Below, one piece after another: positions 52,067-64,000 of a stretch of 64,000 nucleotides of DNA (the first letter of the stretch is position 1; each line of letters starts with the position of its first letter). This stretch comes from an uncultured Chloroflexia bacterium (GTDB lineage: Bacteria; Chloroflexota; Anaerolineae; Anaerolineales; RBG-16-64-43), in the NCBI GenBank assembly GCA_963712475.1, contig CAVQIA010000011.1, forward strand, positions 57,321-121,320, given 5' to 3'. The position numbers and the translations under genes were made by a program. The notes beneath the pieces were generated by a model. That model was given only the letters and a program-made list of their open reading frames with translations, had not been told where the DNA came from and did not search any database.

Positions 52067-53869
52067 CTACATGGTATCGGGTGCCTGCAATCCAAGCAAG
52101 GTCAGGCTGGAGCCGAGGACCTGCTTGGCCGCCGACACGAGCGCCAGCCGCGAGGCTTGGGTCGCCGGTTCCGCTTGCAGCACCGGGCATTGCTGGTAGA
52201 AATCGGTGAACGCCTTGGCAAGAGTGTAGGCGTAATTGGCCATATGCAGCGGCTTGTAGTCCTGAACCGAGCGTTGCACCTCGCCCGGAAAGCGTGCCAC
52301 CGCCTCGATCAGGTTGACCTCGGCCGGGTGCACGTCGTGCTCCACCCACGCCGCCGGAGCCCCGGCAGCCCGCGCCAGGATGCTGGCCGCGCGCACATGG
52401 GCGTACTGGATGTAAGGCGCGGCCTGGCCGTCGAAGCTCAGCGCGCTTTCCCAATCGAAAGTGATCTGCTTGAGGTTGTCGACGCTCAGCATGGCGTAGC
52501 GCAAGGCGCCCAGGCCCACCGCGCGCGCGACCGCCTGGCGCTGCGGTCCGGCCAGGTCCGGGTTCTTCTCGGCAATGATCGCCTCGACGCGGCGCACCGC
52601 CTCGTCGGCGACATCCTGGAAGTAGACGACGCGACCCTTGCGCGCCGACATCGTCCCTTCGGGTAGGGTGACGATCTCGTGGGCCAGGTGGTAGCACTTG
52701 GCGGCCTGCGGGAAGCCCCACAGCTCGAGGATCTTGAAAGCCTGCTGGAAGTGCAAGCTCTGACGCACGTCGACGACGTAGATCGAGCGATCGACGGCAT
52801 ACTGCTCGAACTTCGTTTTGGCGAGCGCCAGATCCTTGGTGAGATAGAGGCTGGTGCTGTCGCTGCGCAGGATCACGGCCGTGCGGTAGGTCTCGTTCTT
52901 CAGTCCGAGCTTTTCGTCCACGCGGACGATGACCGGCCCGCCGCTGAGTCGTTCGTCCTCCGCTATTCCTCGCGCAATGAGCTCCTCCACGATGGCCTTG
53001 CTTGGCTCGTCCACCTCGCTCTCGTAGAAGAAGACGTCGATGTGGATATCGAGCAGCTCAAGGATGGCGGCCAACTCGTCGAGACTCCACTGTCGCGTGC
53101 GCCGCCACAATTCGCGAACGTGCGGGTCGCCGGCATCCCACAGGCGGTACAGCTCTTTGACCTCGGCCTCATAGCGCAGTCTGTGCTCGCGCTCGGCAGG
53201 TGTCTCGCCCGGCTTTTCATCGAGAAGCGCGGTGGCTTCGGTATAGATTTGGGCCAACCACCGCCCGCGCTCCATGACGCCTTCGGGTTCCTCACCGGCG
53301 TGCAGCTTCTGGTAGCCCCACATGCAACGGATGACTCCCAGGCCGATGTCGCCGGGGTAACAGGCGCGAATGGTCTCGAACCCGGCAAACTGCACCAGGC
53401 GGGCCAGCGCTTCGCCCAGGACTGCATTGCGCAAGTGACCGATGTGAAACGAATGGTGGGTGTTGGGTTGCGCGTACTCGACCATCACGCGCTCCCCCTT
53501 CGGGGCGCCCCGCCCGAAGTCCTTGCCATTGCGCAGAACGGTCTCGACCACAGCCTGAGCATAGCGCTGCGTGTCGAAGTGCAGGTTGATGTACCCGCGA
53601 ACGGGGACGGCCCGAATGAAGACCGGGGGCAGCCCCAGCGAGGCGGTGATTTCCTCAGCGATCTTCTGAGCTAGCGCGGGAACCGAGCCGCCGGACTGCT
53701 CGCGGCGAGCGAGAGCCGCGGCCGCCTTCAGGCAGACCGACGTGGCCGCGCCCCACTCGCCGGAGAAGGGCAACGCAGCCCATTCGACAGCCGGCGGCTC
53801 CGCCAGCCCTCGGCCCTGGAGATGGGCGTGCACAACCTGCGCGACTTGGCTCAGTTCCGTCTCGAACAT
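52067..53869 (-). CDS. argS: Arginine--tRNA ligase
   Basis: VEYAQPNTHHSFHIGHLRN, FYES, SLYLTKDL, MSARKG, PYIQYAHVR, C-terminal PDTM. Confidence 0.96.
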   Translation of the reverse strand: MFETELSQVAQVVHAHLQGRGLAEPPAVEWAALPFSGEWGAATSVCLKAAAALARREQSGGSVPALAQKIAEEITASLGLPPVFIRAVPVRGYINLHFDTQRYAQAVVETVLRNGKDFGRGAPKGERVMVEYAQPNTHHSFHIGHLRNAVLGEALARLVQFAGFETIRACYPGDIGLGVIRCMWGYQKLHAGEEPEGVMERGRWLAQIYTEATALLDEKPGETPAEREHRLRYEAEVKELYRLWDAGDPHVRELWRRTRQWSLDELAAILELLDIHIDVFFYESEVDEPSKAIVEELIARGIAEDERLSGGPVIVRVDEKLGLKNETYRTAVILRSDSTSLYLTKDLALAKTKFEQYAVDRSIYVVDVRQSLHFQQAFKILELWGFPQAAKCYHLAHEIVTLPEGTMSARKGRVVYFQDVADEAVRRVEAIIAEKNPDLAGPQRQAVARAVGLGALRYAMLSVDNLKQITFDWESALSFDGQAAPYIQYAHVRAASILARAAGAPAAWVEHDVHPAEVNLIEAVARFPGEVQRSVQDYKPLHMANYAYTLAKAFTDFYQQCPVLQAEPATQASRLALVSAAKQVLGSSLTLLGLQAPDTM

Positions 53870-53923
53870 ATCCTGACCACCGGTCAGATTATAAACAACA
53901 CGCTCCGGATTGCCGTATGCGTC

Positions 53924-53948
53924 AAAAAGCCCCCGTGTGCGGGGGCTT
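53924..53948 (-). terminator. Intrinsic terminator after rpsT
   Basis: Minus strand AAGCCCCCG-CACA-CGGGGGCTTTTT. Confidence 0.8.
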
Positions 53949-53993
53949 GCCATGCCCTGGACTTGCGCATCGTGGGACCCGAGCGGCGGCCGG

Positions 53994-54269
53994 TTACGCC
54001 GGCTTGGCGCCGCCCGCCTTGTGCATCCGCTTCATGAGGCGGCTCTTTCGTCGAGCCGCGTTGTTCTTGTGGATGATGCCCTTCTCAGCCGCGCGGTCGA
54101 GCTGGCGGATGGCCTCGCCCACCTTGGCCTCTGATTCCTTGCCGCCGGCCTCGATCCCCGCACGCGCCGTGGTCACGGCGGTGCGGGCGTGGCTGCGGAT
54201 GGTGCGGTTGCGAACGCGCTTGCGCTCATTGCTGCGAATGCGCTTGATCGCCGAGCGTGTGTTTGCCAA
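53994..54269 (-). CDS. rpsT: 30S ribosomal protein S20
   Basis: TTG start with GGAGG; ANTRSAIKRIR...LDRAAEKGIIHKNNAARRKSRL. Confidence 0.95.
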   Translation of the reverse strand: MANTRSAIKRIRSNERKRVRNRTIRSHARTAVTTARAGIEAGGKESEAKVGEAIRQLDRAAEKGIIHKNNAARRKSRLMKRMHKAGGAKPA

Positions 54270-54364
54270 AGCGGCCTCCGAACGTCGTGTGGTATCTCTC
54301 GATTCTACACGAGGTTGGCGTGTTTGCCTAGGTCGACGCGGGATAACCGCCTTGCCGCATGGAT

Positions 54365-55499
54365 CTAGCGCTTGCCCGTGTCGCTTCTCTCCCCGAGGAA
54401 GAAGGCTTCCACTCTGCGGCGCGAGGCGTCGCAGCACGGAGCGCAGCCAGGCAAATGCGCGGAAGATGAAGACCCCGGAGACCCGCCAGCGTTCCGCAGG
54501 TGCAGGCGCATGGGCCACCCACTGCAAAAGGGCTGCGCCCCAAGTGAGCCCGGCGCCGAAGCCGACCACCACCACGCGGTCGCCGACGTGCAGGCGTCCA
54601 GCCGCGAAGGCTTCGCAGAGCGCGATGGGGATCGAGGCCGTGGAGGTGTTGCCGTAGCGCTCGACGTTGACGAAGAAGCGATCCATCGGCAAGCGCAATT
54701 GCTTGGCGGCAGCTTCGATGATGCGCTGGTTTGCCTGATGCGGAACGATCAGGTCCACTTCGCCCAGAACGTAGCCGGCCTTGGCCAGCACTTCGCGCGT
54801 GGCCGCGGCCATGACGCGAGTGGCGAAGCGATACACCTCGCGCCCGTTCATGGTGACGAAGTGCAGGCCTTGCTCCACCGTCTCGTGGGTCGCGGGCATG
54901 CGGCTGCCGCCGGCGGGCAGCGCGAGCAAATCGCCGCCCGAGCCGTCGGAGTGCATGCTGAAAGCAAGTACACCGCCCGGGCGCGAGTTGGACTGCAGGA
55001 CGAGCGCGCCAGCGCCGTCCCCAAATAGCACGCATGTGGCGCGGTCTTTCCAATTGACGATGCGCGAGAGCGTCTCGGAACCGATGACCAGCGCGTTCTC
55101 GTAGGCACCGGTCTGGATGAGCTGAGAGGCTACGCTGAGCGCATAGACGAAACCGGTGCAGGCGGCCGAGAGGTCGAAGGCGCCGGCCGAGACCGCGCCG
55201 ATACGATCCTGCACCAGGCACGCGGTCGCCGGGAAGATGTGCTCGGGGGAGGAGGTGGCCACGATGATGAGTTGCACCTGGCGCGGCGAGAGGCCGGCGG
55301 TTGCCAGCGCCTTGAGTGCAGCATCGGTGGCCAGCGACGCGGTGGTTTGTTGCGGTGACGCCACACGTCGTTCGCGGATGCCCGTGCGCTCGACAATCCA
55401 CTCATCCGTCGTGTCAACCGTGCGAGCCAACTCGGCGTTGGTGAGCACGCGAGGTGGCAGGCTCATGCCCCAACCGGTGATGTGAGCGTAATGGGCCAT
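54365..55499 (-). CDS. fabH: Beta-ketoacyl-ACP synthase III (3' end probably frameshifted)
   Basis: RTGIRERR, AACTGF, FGDGAGA, PHQAN, YGNTS.ASIP, GFGAGLTWG. Confidence 0.94.
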
Positions 55500-55505
55500 G
55501 ATGGG

Positions 55506-56753
55506 CTAGACCGCCTGCGGTGCGGGGCCGAGGACGAGGCACGCGTTGTGCCCGCCAAACCCGAAGGAGTTCGACATGGCATAGCGCACCTTGGCACGTC
55601 GAGCCTGGTTCGGGACGTAATCCAGATCGCATTCGGGGTCTGGCGTTTCATAGTTGATGGTGGGCGGCAGCACACCGTCACGCAGGGCGAGCAGGGTGAA
55701 GATGACCTCGATCCCCCCGGCTGCGCCCAGCATGTGCCCGGTCATCGATTTCGTCGACGAAATCGGAATGTGCCGCGCGGACTCGCCGAAGGCGCGCTTG
55801 ATGGCGGCCGTCTCACTGCGATCGTTGAGCGGGGTGCTCGTCCCATGCGCGTTGATGTAGCCGATCTCAGATGGCGAAAGCTCGGCATCCTTGAGGGCCA
55901 AGCTCAGGCAGCGCGATGCGCCTGTGCCATCCTCGGAGGGGGCGGAAATGTGGTACGCATCGTTATTGACCCCGTAACCGAGGACCTCGCCGAGGATCCT
56001 GGCGCCACGGGCGCGCGCATGCTCGAGGAACTCGAGGACCAGCACGCCGGCGCCCTCGGCCGCGACAAAACCGTCGCGGTTCAAATCGAACGGCCGCGAG
56101 GCGCGCTGCGGCGCATCGTTACGACGCGAGAGCGCGGTCATGGCGTTGAACCCGGCCATGGCCACCCGCACGACCCCCGCCTCGGCCCCTCCGGCCAGCA
56201 TCACTTGCGCGGCGCCGCGGCGGATGACCTCCACCGCTTCACCAATCGCATTGGCGCCGGTGGCGCAGGCCGATACGACGGCCATATTGGGCCCGCGAAT
56301 GCCAAGATGGATGGCCACCTGCGCTCCGCCGCTGTCGGGCAACATCAAGGGAACGGTGAAAGGGCTCACCCGCCGCGGACCGCCAACGCGCATCGTTTCG
56401 ATGCCCTCGATCAGGGTGGCCACCCCGCCGATGCCGGTCCCAATGTAGGCGCCGACCTCATCGCGATTGGCGTCCGTTATCTCGAGTTGCGCGTCGGCCA
56501 AGGCTTGCAGCGAGCTCACCAGCGCGAATTGCGTGAAGCGATCCATGCGCCGGGCATCCTTGCGCCCGAAGTGAGCCACCGGGTCGAACCCCTTCACCTC
56601 GGCCGCGAACCGGGTTTCCAGGTCCGAGGCGTCGAACAGCGTGATGGGTCCAACACCCGACTGCCCTCTACACACAGCCTCCCAGGTCGAGGCAACGTCG
56701 TTGCCCAGCGGCGAGATGCAACCCATACCCGTAACGACCACTCGTCTGCGCAC
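55506..56753 (-). CDS. fabF: Beta-ketoacyl-ACP synthase II
   Basis: RRVVVTG, SACATG, NAHGTST, KSMTGH, SNSFGFGG.N. Confidence 0.96.
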   Translation of the reverse strand: MRRRVVVTGMGCISPLGNDVASTWEAVCRGQSGVGPITLFDASDLETRFAAEVKGFDPVAHFGRKDARRMDRFTQFALVSSLQALADAQLEITDANRDEVGAYIGTGIGGVATLIEGIETMRVGGPRRVSPFTVPLMLPDSGGAQVAIHLGIRGPNMAVVSACATGANAIGEAVEVIRRGAAQVMLAGGAEAGVVRVAMAGFNAMTALSRRNDAPQRASRPFDLNRDGFVAAEGAGVLVLEFLEHARARGARILGEVLGYGVNNDAYHISAPSEDGTGASRCLSLALKDAELSPSEIGYINAHGTSTPLNDRSETAAIKRAFGESARHIPISSTKSMTGHMLGAAGGIEVIFTLLALRDGVLPPTINYETPDPECDLDYVPNQARRAKVRYAMSNSFGFGGHNACLVLGPAPQAV

Positions 56754-56981
56754 GCGTCCTCTCCTTGGGGCCGCACCGGCGCCAATCGGCCGGGGATTTC
56801 TAGGGGAATTCGGACTGCCCGGATGAGGTTTGAGAGTATAACACTCGCAGTAGACTCGGGGTTCGAACGATGAGTCTGGCAAGCGATGCCTGGGTGAGCC
56901 CGGGTGGTCGAGGTGGCCTTATACTCTCACGGAGAACGAACACATTCCGGGCTGACGCTTTCGGTGGAGGAGTGGCGAACG

Positions 56982-57738
56982 ATGGCAAGACCCATCCGCG
57001 GCGACAAACGTCGACGCGCGCGCCCGGGCACCTTTCCCGCGGGTCGGCTGTCCCGCGTCGTCTCGCTGACACATCCCTTGCACGAGGCCATACCAGTGTG
57101 GCCGGGAGATCCACGCCCGTCCATCGAATCGGCGGCATCTTACGCCGCTAACGGATTCCTCGTGCAGCGAATCGCGCTTGGCGAGCACAGCGGGACTCAT
57201 CTGGTGGCCCCTCGGGCATATGATCCGCGGGGCGCGTCGATGGACCAGTTTGCCGGCAGATATGTTTGTCCTCCCGTCCGTCCTTCTCGACAAGGCGCGC
57301 TCCGCGAACCAGAATGCCGATTATCTTCTCTCCCTTGGCGACGTTCGAAGCTGGGAGCGGCGGCACGGCCGCATCGGCCCCGGCGTGCTCGTCCTCCTGC
57401 GTACCGGGTGGGACGTCCGCTGGCCCGAACCCGAGGGATTCCTCAATCGGGACGGTTCCGGACACATGCATTTCCCCGGGTTCTCGCTCGAAGCGGTCGA
57501 GTTTCTCGTCGGCGCCCGCGCCGTCGCGGGGTTGGGAATCGACACCCATGGGATCGACGGTGGGCTCGACGCGAGCTTCGCAGCGAGCCGCCGGGCTCTC
57601 GATCGCCCGCGGGTCGTGCTGGAGAACCTGGCCAACCTCGGCCGGCTTCCCGCGCGAGGTGCGATGGTGTTCGTGGGCGCGCTGCCGATCGTCGGCGGCG
57701 GAGGATCTCCCGCTGCTGTGCTGGCGCTCATCCCGTGA
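56982..57738 (+). CDS. Cyclase / kynurenine formamidase family metallohydrolase (frameshift near 57230)
   Basis: VWPGDP, GEHSGTH, LLRTGW, FPGFS, LGIDT, LENLANL, GSPA. Confidence 0.85.
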
Positions 57739-57756
57739 GAGTTGACTGTGTCCGCC

Positions 57757-58554
57757 ATGCGTGATCACCCTCGGCGAACACGACTCGATCTGTTGATGGT
57801 CGAGCGCGGGCTCGCCGCGACTCGTTCGCAAGCTCAACAACTCATCCGCGAGGGACACGTGCGCGTGGACGACGAGCGCTGCATGCAACCCGGCGAGCGG
57901 ATCGACGAGGGGAGGCGGATTGACCTCGAGCAGGGCCCGCGGTTTGCCTCGCGCGGCGGCGAGAAGCTGGATGCGGCCTTGACGGCTTTTGGGGTGGAAG
58001 TGCGTGGGCTCGTGTGCGCGGACGTCGGCGCCTCCACCGGCGGATTCACCGACTGCCTCCTGCAGCGCGGGGCGAACAAGGTCTATGCGATCGATGTCGG
58101 GAAGGGGATTCTCGATTGGCGTTTGCGCACCGATGCGCGGGTGGTCGTGATGGAAGAGACAAACGCCCGCTACCTCGAGCGTTTGCCCGAAGCCATCGAC
58201 CTGGTCACCGTGGATGCCTCCTTCATATCGCTGCGCCTGCTTCTGCCTGTTGCGCGTGGGTGGCTGGCGTCTAAGGGGCAGGCGGTCGTCCTCGTCAAAC
58301 CGCAGTTTGAAGCCGGGCGCTCGCAAGTGAAACGCGGCGGAGTGGTCCGCGATGCGGCGGTTCATCAGTCCGTCCTGGTCGAGGTGCTCAGCGCAGCCTC
58401 CCAGGCAGGGCTGTGGCCGCATGGCGTCATGCGCTCCCCGCTGCGCGGCCCGGCCGGCAACGTCGAGTTCTTGACGTGGCTTCGGCAGGAGGCGGGACCG
58501 CGATCGCTCGCAGACATCATCGCCACTCTTGAGCTCAACCCACCTCCGACCTGA
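57757..58554 (+). CDS. tlyA: TlyA-family rRNA 2'-O-methyltransferase
   Basis: RLDLL S4 domain, [30 protein letters not shown]. Confidence 0.95.
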   Translation: MRDHPRRTRLDLLMVERGLAATRSQAQQLIREGHVRVDDERCMQPGERIDEGRRIDLEQGPRFASRGGEKLDAALTAFGVEVRGLVCADVGASTGGFTDCLLQRGANKVYAIDVGKGILDWRLRTDARVVVMEETNARYLERLPEAIDLVTVDASFISLRLLLPVARGWLASKGQAVVLVKPQFEAGRSQVKRGGVVRDAAVHQSVLVEVLSAASQAGLWPHGVMRSPLRGPAGNVEFLTWLRQEAGPRSLADIIATLELNPPPT

Positions 58555-58639
58555 GGAGAGAGGACCAAACTCAGGTATACTTGATGCACGTCCTCTTCCT
58601 CCCGCCGCTCGGCGGGAGAATCGTGTGCCGCCGAGGCTC

Positions 58640-60442
<1,803 letters not shown>

Positions 60443-60522
60443 TGCTCCCCAGAGCTCACTCTCGTGAGGTGCGCGAGCGAGGGATGCCGGGGTGAAGGCG
60501 CGGTCGTCACTGGGTCCGTGTT

Positions 60523-61542
60523 GTGCGCTGGGCGCCGGGGCTGCTGCTCAGCCTGCTGGCGGTCACCCTCCTCCTGCGGGTTGTCAGCTGGCAGCATCTG
60601 GCCACGGCTTGGCAGCGGGCGAACGGGTGGTATTTCCTCCCGGGCGCGGGACTCTTGCTGCTGGCGATGGTCGCGCGCGGCTACGCCTGGCGCGTGTTGG
60701 CGCGCGGGCGCATCCGACCGCAGCGGGCTTTCTGGGTGCTCAACGTCGGCTACTTGGTTAACGCTGTTCTGCCGCTCCGCATGGGGGATGTGGCGCGCGC
60801 CGTACTGGCGGGATCACCCCGCAACGACGACACGCCGGCGATGCCTGTCAGCAGCGCACTGTCTTCCGTCGTCCTCGAGAGAGTGCTCGACCTGGTTTGC
60901 ACATTCGGGCTGGTCCTGCTGGCGTTGCCCGTGGTTGCGGGTCAGGTGTGGGGTGGGCGGACGGTGGGATGGACTCTCGCCACCGCGGGCTTAGGTGTGT
61001 GCGGAGTCCTCGCGGCCGGCCTCCTGCGCGGTCCATTGATCCAATGGCTCAACCGGCGTGTCAGCCCTGGCACCCGAGCCGCTCGCTGGGTCGAGGGCCT
61101 GGAAGGGTTCATGCGCGGGCTGGAGGCACTTCGCGATTGGCGTATTGCGCTGCCGGCGATCCTTCTCCTGGCGGCGACATGGTTTGTGTGGTTGCTCGAG
61201 TACACGATCTTGCTGCGCGCCTTCGTGCCCTCCGCGCGCCTGGGGGACGGACTGGTCGCGCTGGTGGGCTCAGCCTTGGGCATGATGATTCCCTCTTCGC
61301 CCGGCGGAATTGGTGTGTACGAGGCGGCCGTGGTCGCGGCCTTGGGCGTGATTCACATCGATACGGAAACAGCCCTAGCCTATGCGGTGTCGGTGCATGT
61401 TTTGAATTCGGTCGGGGTGGTTGTGTTGGGTTTGATGGGCCTCGGGCTCGAGGGACAAACACTCGAGAGATTGATGCAAGAGGTCTGGAAAGTCTCTGCG
61501 GCACGCCGCCCGCATGAGAAGCCGCCAGCTGAGGGCTCGTAA
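60523..61542 (+). CDS. Lysylphosphatidylglycerol-synthase TM (flippase-like) protein
   Basis: [26 protein letters not shown]; many TM helices; start uncertain. Confidence 0.85.
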   Translation: MRWAPGLLLSLLAVTLLLRVVSWQHLATAWQRANGWYFLPGAGLLLLAMVARGYAWRVLARGRIRPQRAFWVLNVGYLVNAVLPLRMGDVARAVLAGSPRNDDTPAMPVSSALSSVVLERVLDLVCTFGLVLLALPVVAGQVWGGRTVGWTLATAGLGVCGVLAAGLLRGPLIQWLNRRVSPGTRAARWVEGLEGFMRGLEALRDWRIALPAILLLAATWFVWLLEYTILLRAFVPSARLGDGLVALVGSALGMMIPSSPGGIGVYEAAVVAALGVIHIDTETALAYAVSVHVLNSVGVVVLGLMGLGLEGQTLERLMQEVWKVSAARRPHEKPPAEGS

Positions 61543-61558
61543 CCGCTGTGCATTGTCG

Positions 61559-62734
61559 ATGCGCATCCTGATTGCCCTCACCTACTACCGCCCACATGTC
61601 TCCGGGCTGACGATCTATGCAGAGCGTCTGGCGCGGGCGTGGGTGGCGCGCGGCCATCGTGTCACCGTTCTCACTTCGCGCTTCGACGCCCGCTTGCCTC
61701 AACACGAGACGCTCAACGGCGTGCAGATCATTCGGCCCTGGGTGATGGCACGCTTGAGCAAGGGCGTTCTCATGCCTACCATTGGCGCGTGGGCCTCGCG
61801 CCTGGCCGCCACCCACGATGCATTGAGCATCCACTTGCCTCAGTTCGATGCCCCGGGTCTCGCGGTGCGCGGCCGCTTTCTGGGCCGCCCGACCGTGCTC
61901 ACCTACCATTGCGATCTCAGCCTGCCGCCGACACCGTTCAATCTCGTCGCTAACCAAGCGGTGCACTTGGCCAACCATCTCGCTGCGCGCGTTGCGGACC
62001 GCATTGTCTCGTACACTCTCGACTATGCGGAACATTCACCCTTCCTCTCGCACTACTTGGGGAAGGTGCATGTCATCCCGCCCCCGGTAGAAGTCGCCAG
62101 CGCGGGGTTGGCCGAGGTGCAGGCCTTCCGCGAGCGTAACAAGCTGACCGGCCGAACGGTGGTGGGGATGGCTTCGCGGCTGGCTACGGAGAAGGGCGTG
62201 GAGTATCTTCTGGCGGCGCTGCCGGCGGTGATGAGCAGGTTTCCCAATCTCAGTGTTTTGTTTGCGGGTCAGTATCAGGATGTTCTGGGTGAGGAAGGCT
62301 ACGCGCGCCGCATGGCACCGTTGATCGACGCGCTCGGGGACCGCTGGCGATTCCTGGGGACGCTCGACCCGCGCGAGATGAGCGCCTTCTTCAAAGCATG
62401 CGCCGCGACCGTGTTGCCGAGCATCAACAGCACCGAGAGCTTCGGCTTGGTGCAAATCGAGTCGATGATGTGCGGGACCCCGGTCGTGGCTTCGGGGCTG
62501 CCCGGCGTTCGCCAACCCGTACTGCTCACCGGGATGGGGCAGGTCGTGCCGGTGGGATCGCCGGGCGAATTGGCCCGGGCCTTGATCGATGTCTTACAAT
62601 CGCCGCAACGCTATGCCCATCCGGCCATTGACCTGGCTGCGACCTTTGCGCCCGCAGCCGTGGCTGCCCAATACGAGGAGCTATTCGCCGAGATCACGGC
62701 TGCACGTGGCGCCGACTCGAAGCGAGGCCGATAG
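61559..62734 (+). CDS. GT4 glycosyltransferase
   Basis: RLATEKGVEYL, ESFGLVQIESMMCGTPVV. Confidence 0.92.
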   Translation: MRILIALTYYRPHVSGLTIYAERLARAWVARGHRVTVLTSRFDARLPQHETLNGVQIIRPWVMARLSKGVLMPTIGAWASRLAATHDALSIHLPQFDAPGLAVRGRFLGRPTVLTYHCDLSLPPTPFNLVANQAVHLANHLAARVADRIVSYTLDYAEHSPFLSHYLGKVHVIPPPVEVASAGLAEVQAFRERNKLTGRTVVGMASRLATEKGVEYLLAALPAVMSRFPNLSVLFAGQYQDVLGEEGYARRMAPLIDALGDRWRFLGTLDPREMSAFFKACAATVLPSINSTESFGLVQIESMMCGTPVVASGLPGVRQPVLLTGMGQVVPVGSPGELARALIDVLQSPQRYAHPAIDLAATFAPAAVAAQYEELFAEITAARGADSKRGR

Positions 62735-62735
62735 G

Positions 62736-63527
62736 ATGGCGGGACCTGCGTCGCGCACTGTTCTTCGCCGCCACCTGCATGCGCTGCCCTACTTCCGAGC
62801 GCTGGTGCGTGCGGTCGAGGATCGGTTCTATCAAGGGCTGCCGATGCCGCGCCCGGTCCTCGACATTGGCTGCGGTGACGGCCATTTTGCATCCGTTGCG
62901 TTCGACCCTCCGTTGGACGTGGGGTTGGATCCCTCGCCAATCGTCCGCGAGGCGGCTGCCCGAGGCGGGTACCGGCAGGTTGTGCAGGCGGACGGCGCGC
63001 GCCTCCCGCTCAAGACGGGGTGCTTCGCCTCTGCCATGAGCAACTCCGTGCTCGAGCACATTCCACAACTCGATGCGGTACTGCGGGAAGCGGCGCGGGT
63101 GCTTCAGTCGGGCTCACCCTTCATCTTTTGTGTACCCAATCCCAACTACCTCGGCTTTCTTTCGATCGCCCGAGGGCTCGAGGCGCTGAGGCTGCGCAGC
63201 GCGGCGCGCACCTACCGCGAGTGGTTCCGCCGCATGACTCGCGTTGAGCACTTGGAATCCGAAAGTGGCTGGCGCGCGCGGCTGGAGGCGGCGGGGTTCA
63301 GGCTCGAGCGCAGCTGGGAGTACTTCTCGATGGGTGCGCTGCAGGCTCTCGAATGGGGTCACCTGGGCGGCCTGCCCTCCCTCGCGACCCACCTGCTCAC
63401 GGGGCGCTGGATCCTGGCTCCTTCGCGAGCCAACCTGGCGATCACCGAGCGCCTCGTCGCGCGGTACTTCGATGAGGGGCCGCCGGAAGCCGGCGCTTTC
63501 ACCTTCTACGTGGCGCGGCGGCAATGA
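62736..63527 (+). CDS. Class I SAM-dependent methyltransferase
   Basis: VLDIGCGDG, SNSVLEHI, RVLQSG. Confidence 0.9.
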   Translation: MAGPASRTVLRRHLHALPYFRALVRAVEDRFYQGLPMPRPVLDIGCGDGHFASVAFDPPLDVGLDPSPIVREAAARGGYRQVVQADGARLPLKTGCFASAMSNSVLEHIPQLDAVLREAARVLQSGSPFIFCVPNPNYLGFLSIARGLEALRLRSAARTYREWFRRMTRVEHLESESGWRARLEAAGFRLERSWEYFSMGALQALEWGHLGGLPSLATHLLTGRWILAPSRANLAITERLVARYFDEGPPEAGAFTFYVARRQ

Positions 63528-64000
63528 GCGCATTCGACGAGAACTACTTCCGCACACACACCTACGCGCGCGTGTCGTTCGCCCGATTCTCACAGTACTG
63601 GTGGTCGAATTGTTTCTACGCGTTGCTAGCGCGGCGCCACGGGCGGCGCGGTGGCAGGCTGCTGGAGGTCGGCTGCGGGCTCGGCCATTTGGTTGGCCAA
63701 CTCGAGGATTCCTTCGAGACCGCGGCGGTCGACCTCAACCCACATGCGCTCCGCCAGGCGCGGACCGTGGCGCAGCGCACTCGGCTTGAGGTGGCATCGG
63801 CCGAACATCTGCCGTTCCCGGGCGGATCGTTCGAGGTGATCCTCATCAAGCACATCATCGAGCATCTGCCGCACCCGGAACTTGCCATCGCCGAGCTTGG
63901 GCGAGTCCTGCGTCCCGGCGGTTTGCTGATCTTTTCGACTCCCAACCTGGATTCGCTGCTGCGTCCGATGAAGGGCGATCGCTGGATCGGCTATCAGGAT
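63524..64000 (+). CDS. Class I SAM-dependent methyltransferase, truncated by window end
   Basis: ATG 63524; LLEVGCGLG, AEHLPF, HIIEHL, RVLRPGG. Confidence 0.88.
   Translation, partial: MSAFDENYFRTHTYARVSFARFSQYWWSNCFYALLARRHGRRGGRLLEVGCGLGHLVGQLEDSFETAAVDLNPHALRQARTVAQRTRLEVASAEHLPFPGGSFEVILIKHIIEHLPHPELAIAELGRVLRPGGLLIFSTPNLDSLLRPMKGDRWIGYQD

Noticed and set aside
53994-55499. Apparent FabH-ribosomal protein S20 fusion (501-aa ORF)
   Set aside because: rpsT has its own TAGAAT box, GGAGG and TTG start. A single indel near 54420 would end fabH at the TAG at 54365, which fits the window-wide indel pattern.

Overview
GC-rich bacterial chromosome segment. Gene content, Pro/Thr-rich lipoproteins and the SUF layout suggest Chloroflexota (Anaerolineae-like); this is an inference. 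Many genes carry single-base frameshifts, densest at about 38-48 kb and 24.3-25.5 kb, which looks like long-read consensus error rather than biology. In order, the window holds: an HtrA-like protease pair with a LuxR-type regulator; a candidate ~280-nt structured ncRNA; an ArsR-led sulfur-oxyanion operon (octaheme tetrathionate-reductase-family cytochrome, 7-heme cytochrome c fused to cytochrome b, two YeeE/YedE proteins, one fused to a rhodanese with a GGGCG tail); a tRNA-Lys(UUU) followed by two displaced copies of its 3' end that bracket small integrase-less islands; a PLP enzyme/5-formyl-THF cyclo-ligase/dihydropyrimidinase cluster; a full sufR/sufCBD-X-SU-Rieske locus with an uncharacterised gene inside; ppdK; an HNH nuclease; a phnDCEE-type ABC transporter; a GH36 alpha-galactosidase; an ADP-forming acyl-CoA synthetase; an orphan DNA methyltransferase; an argS-linked cDPG-synthetase-like/ArcE-like P-loop enzyme; rpsT, fabH, fabF, tlyA, lepA; and the start of a surface-glycosylation cluster. 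No CRISPR array, rRNA, transposase or integrase gene was seen.
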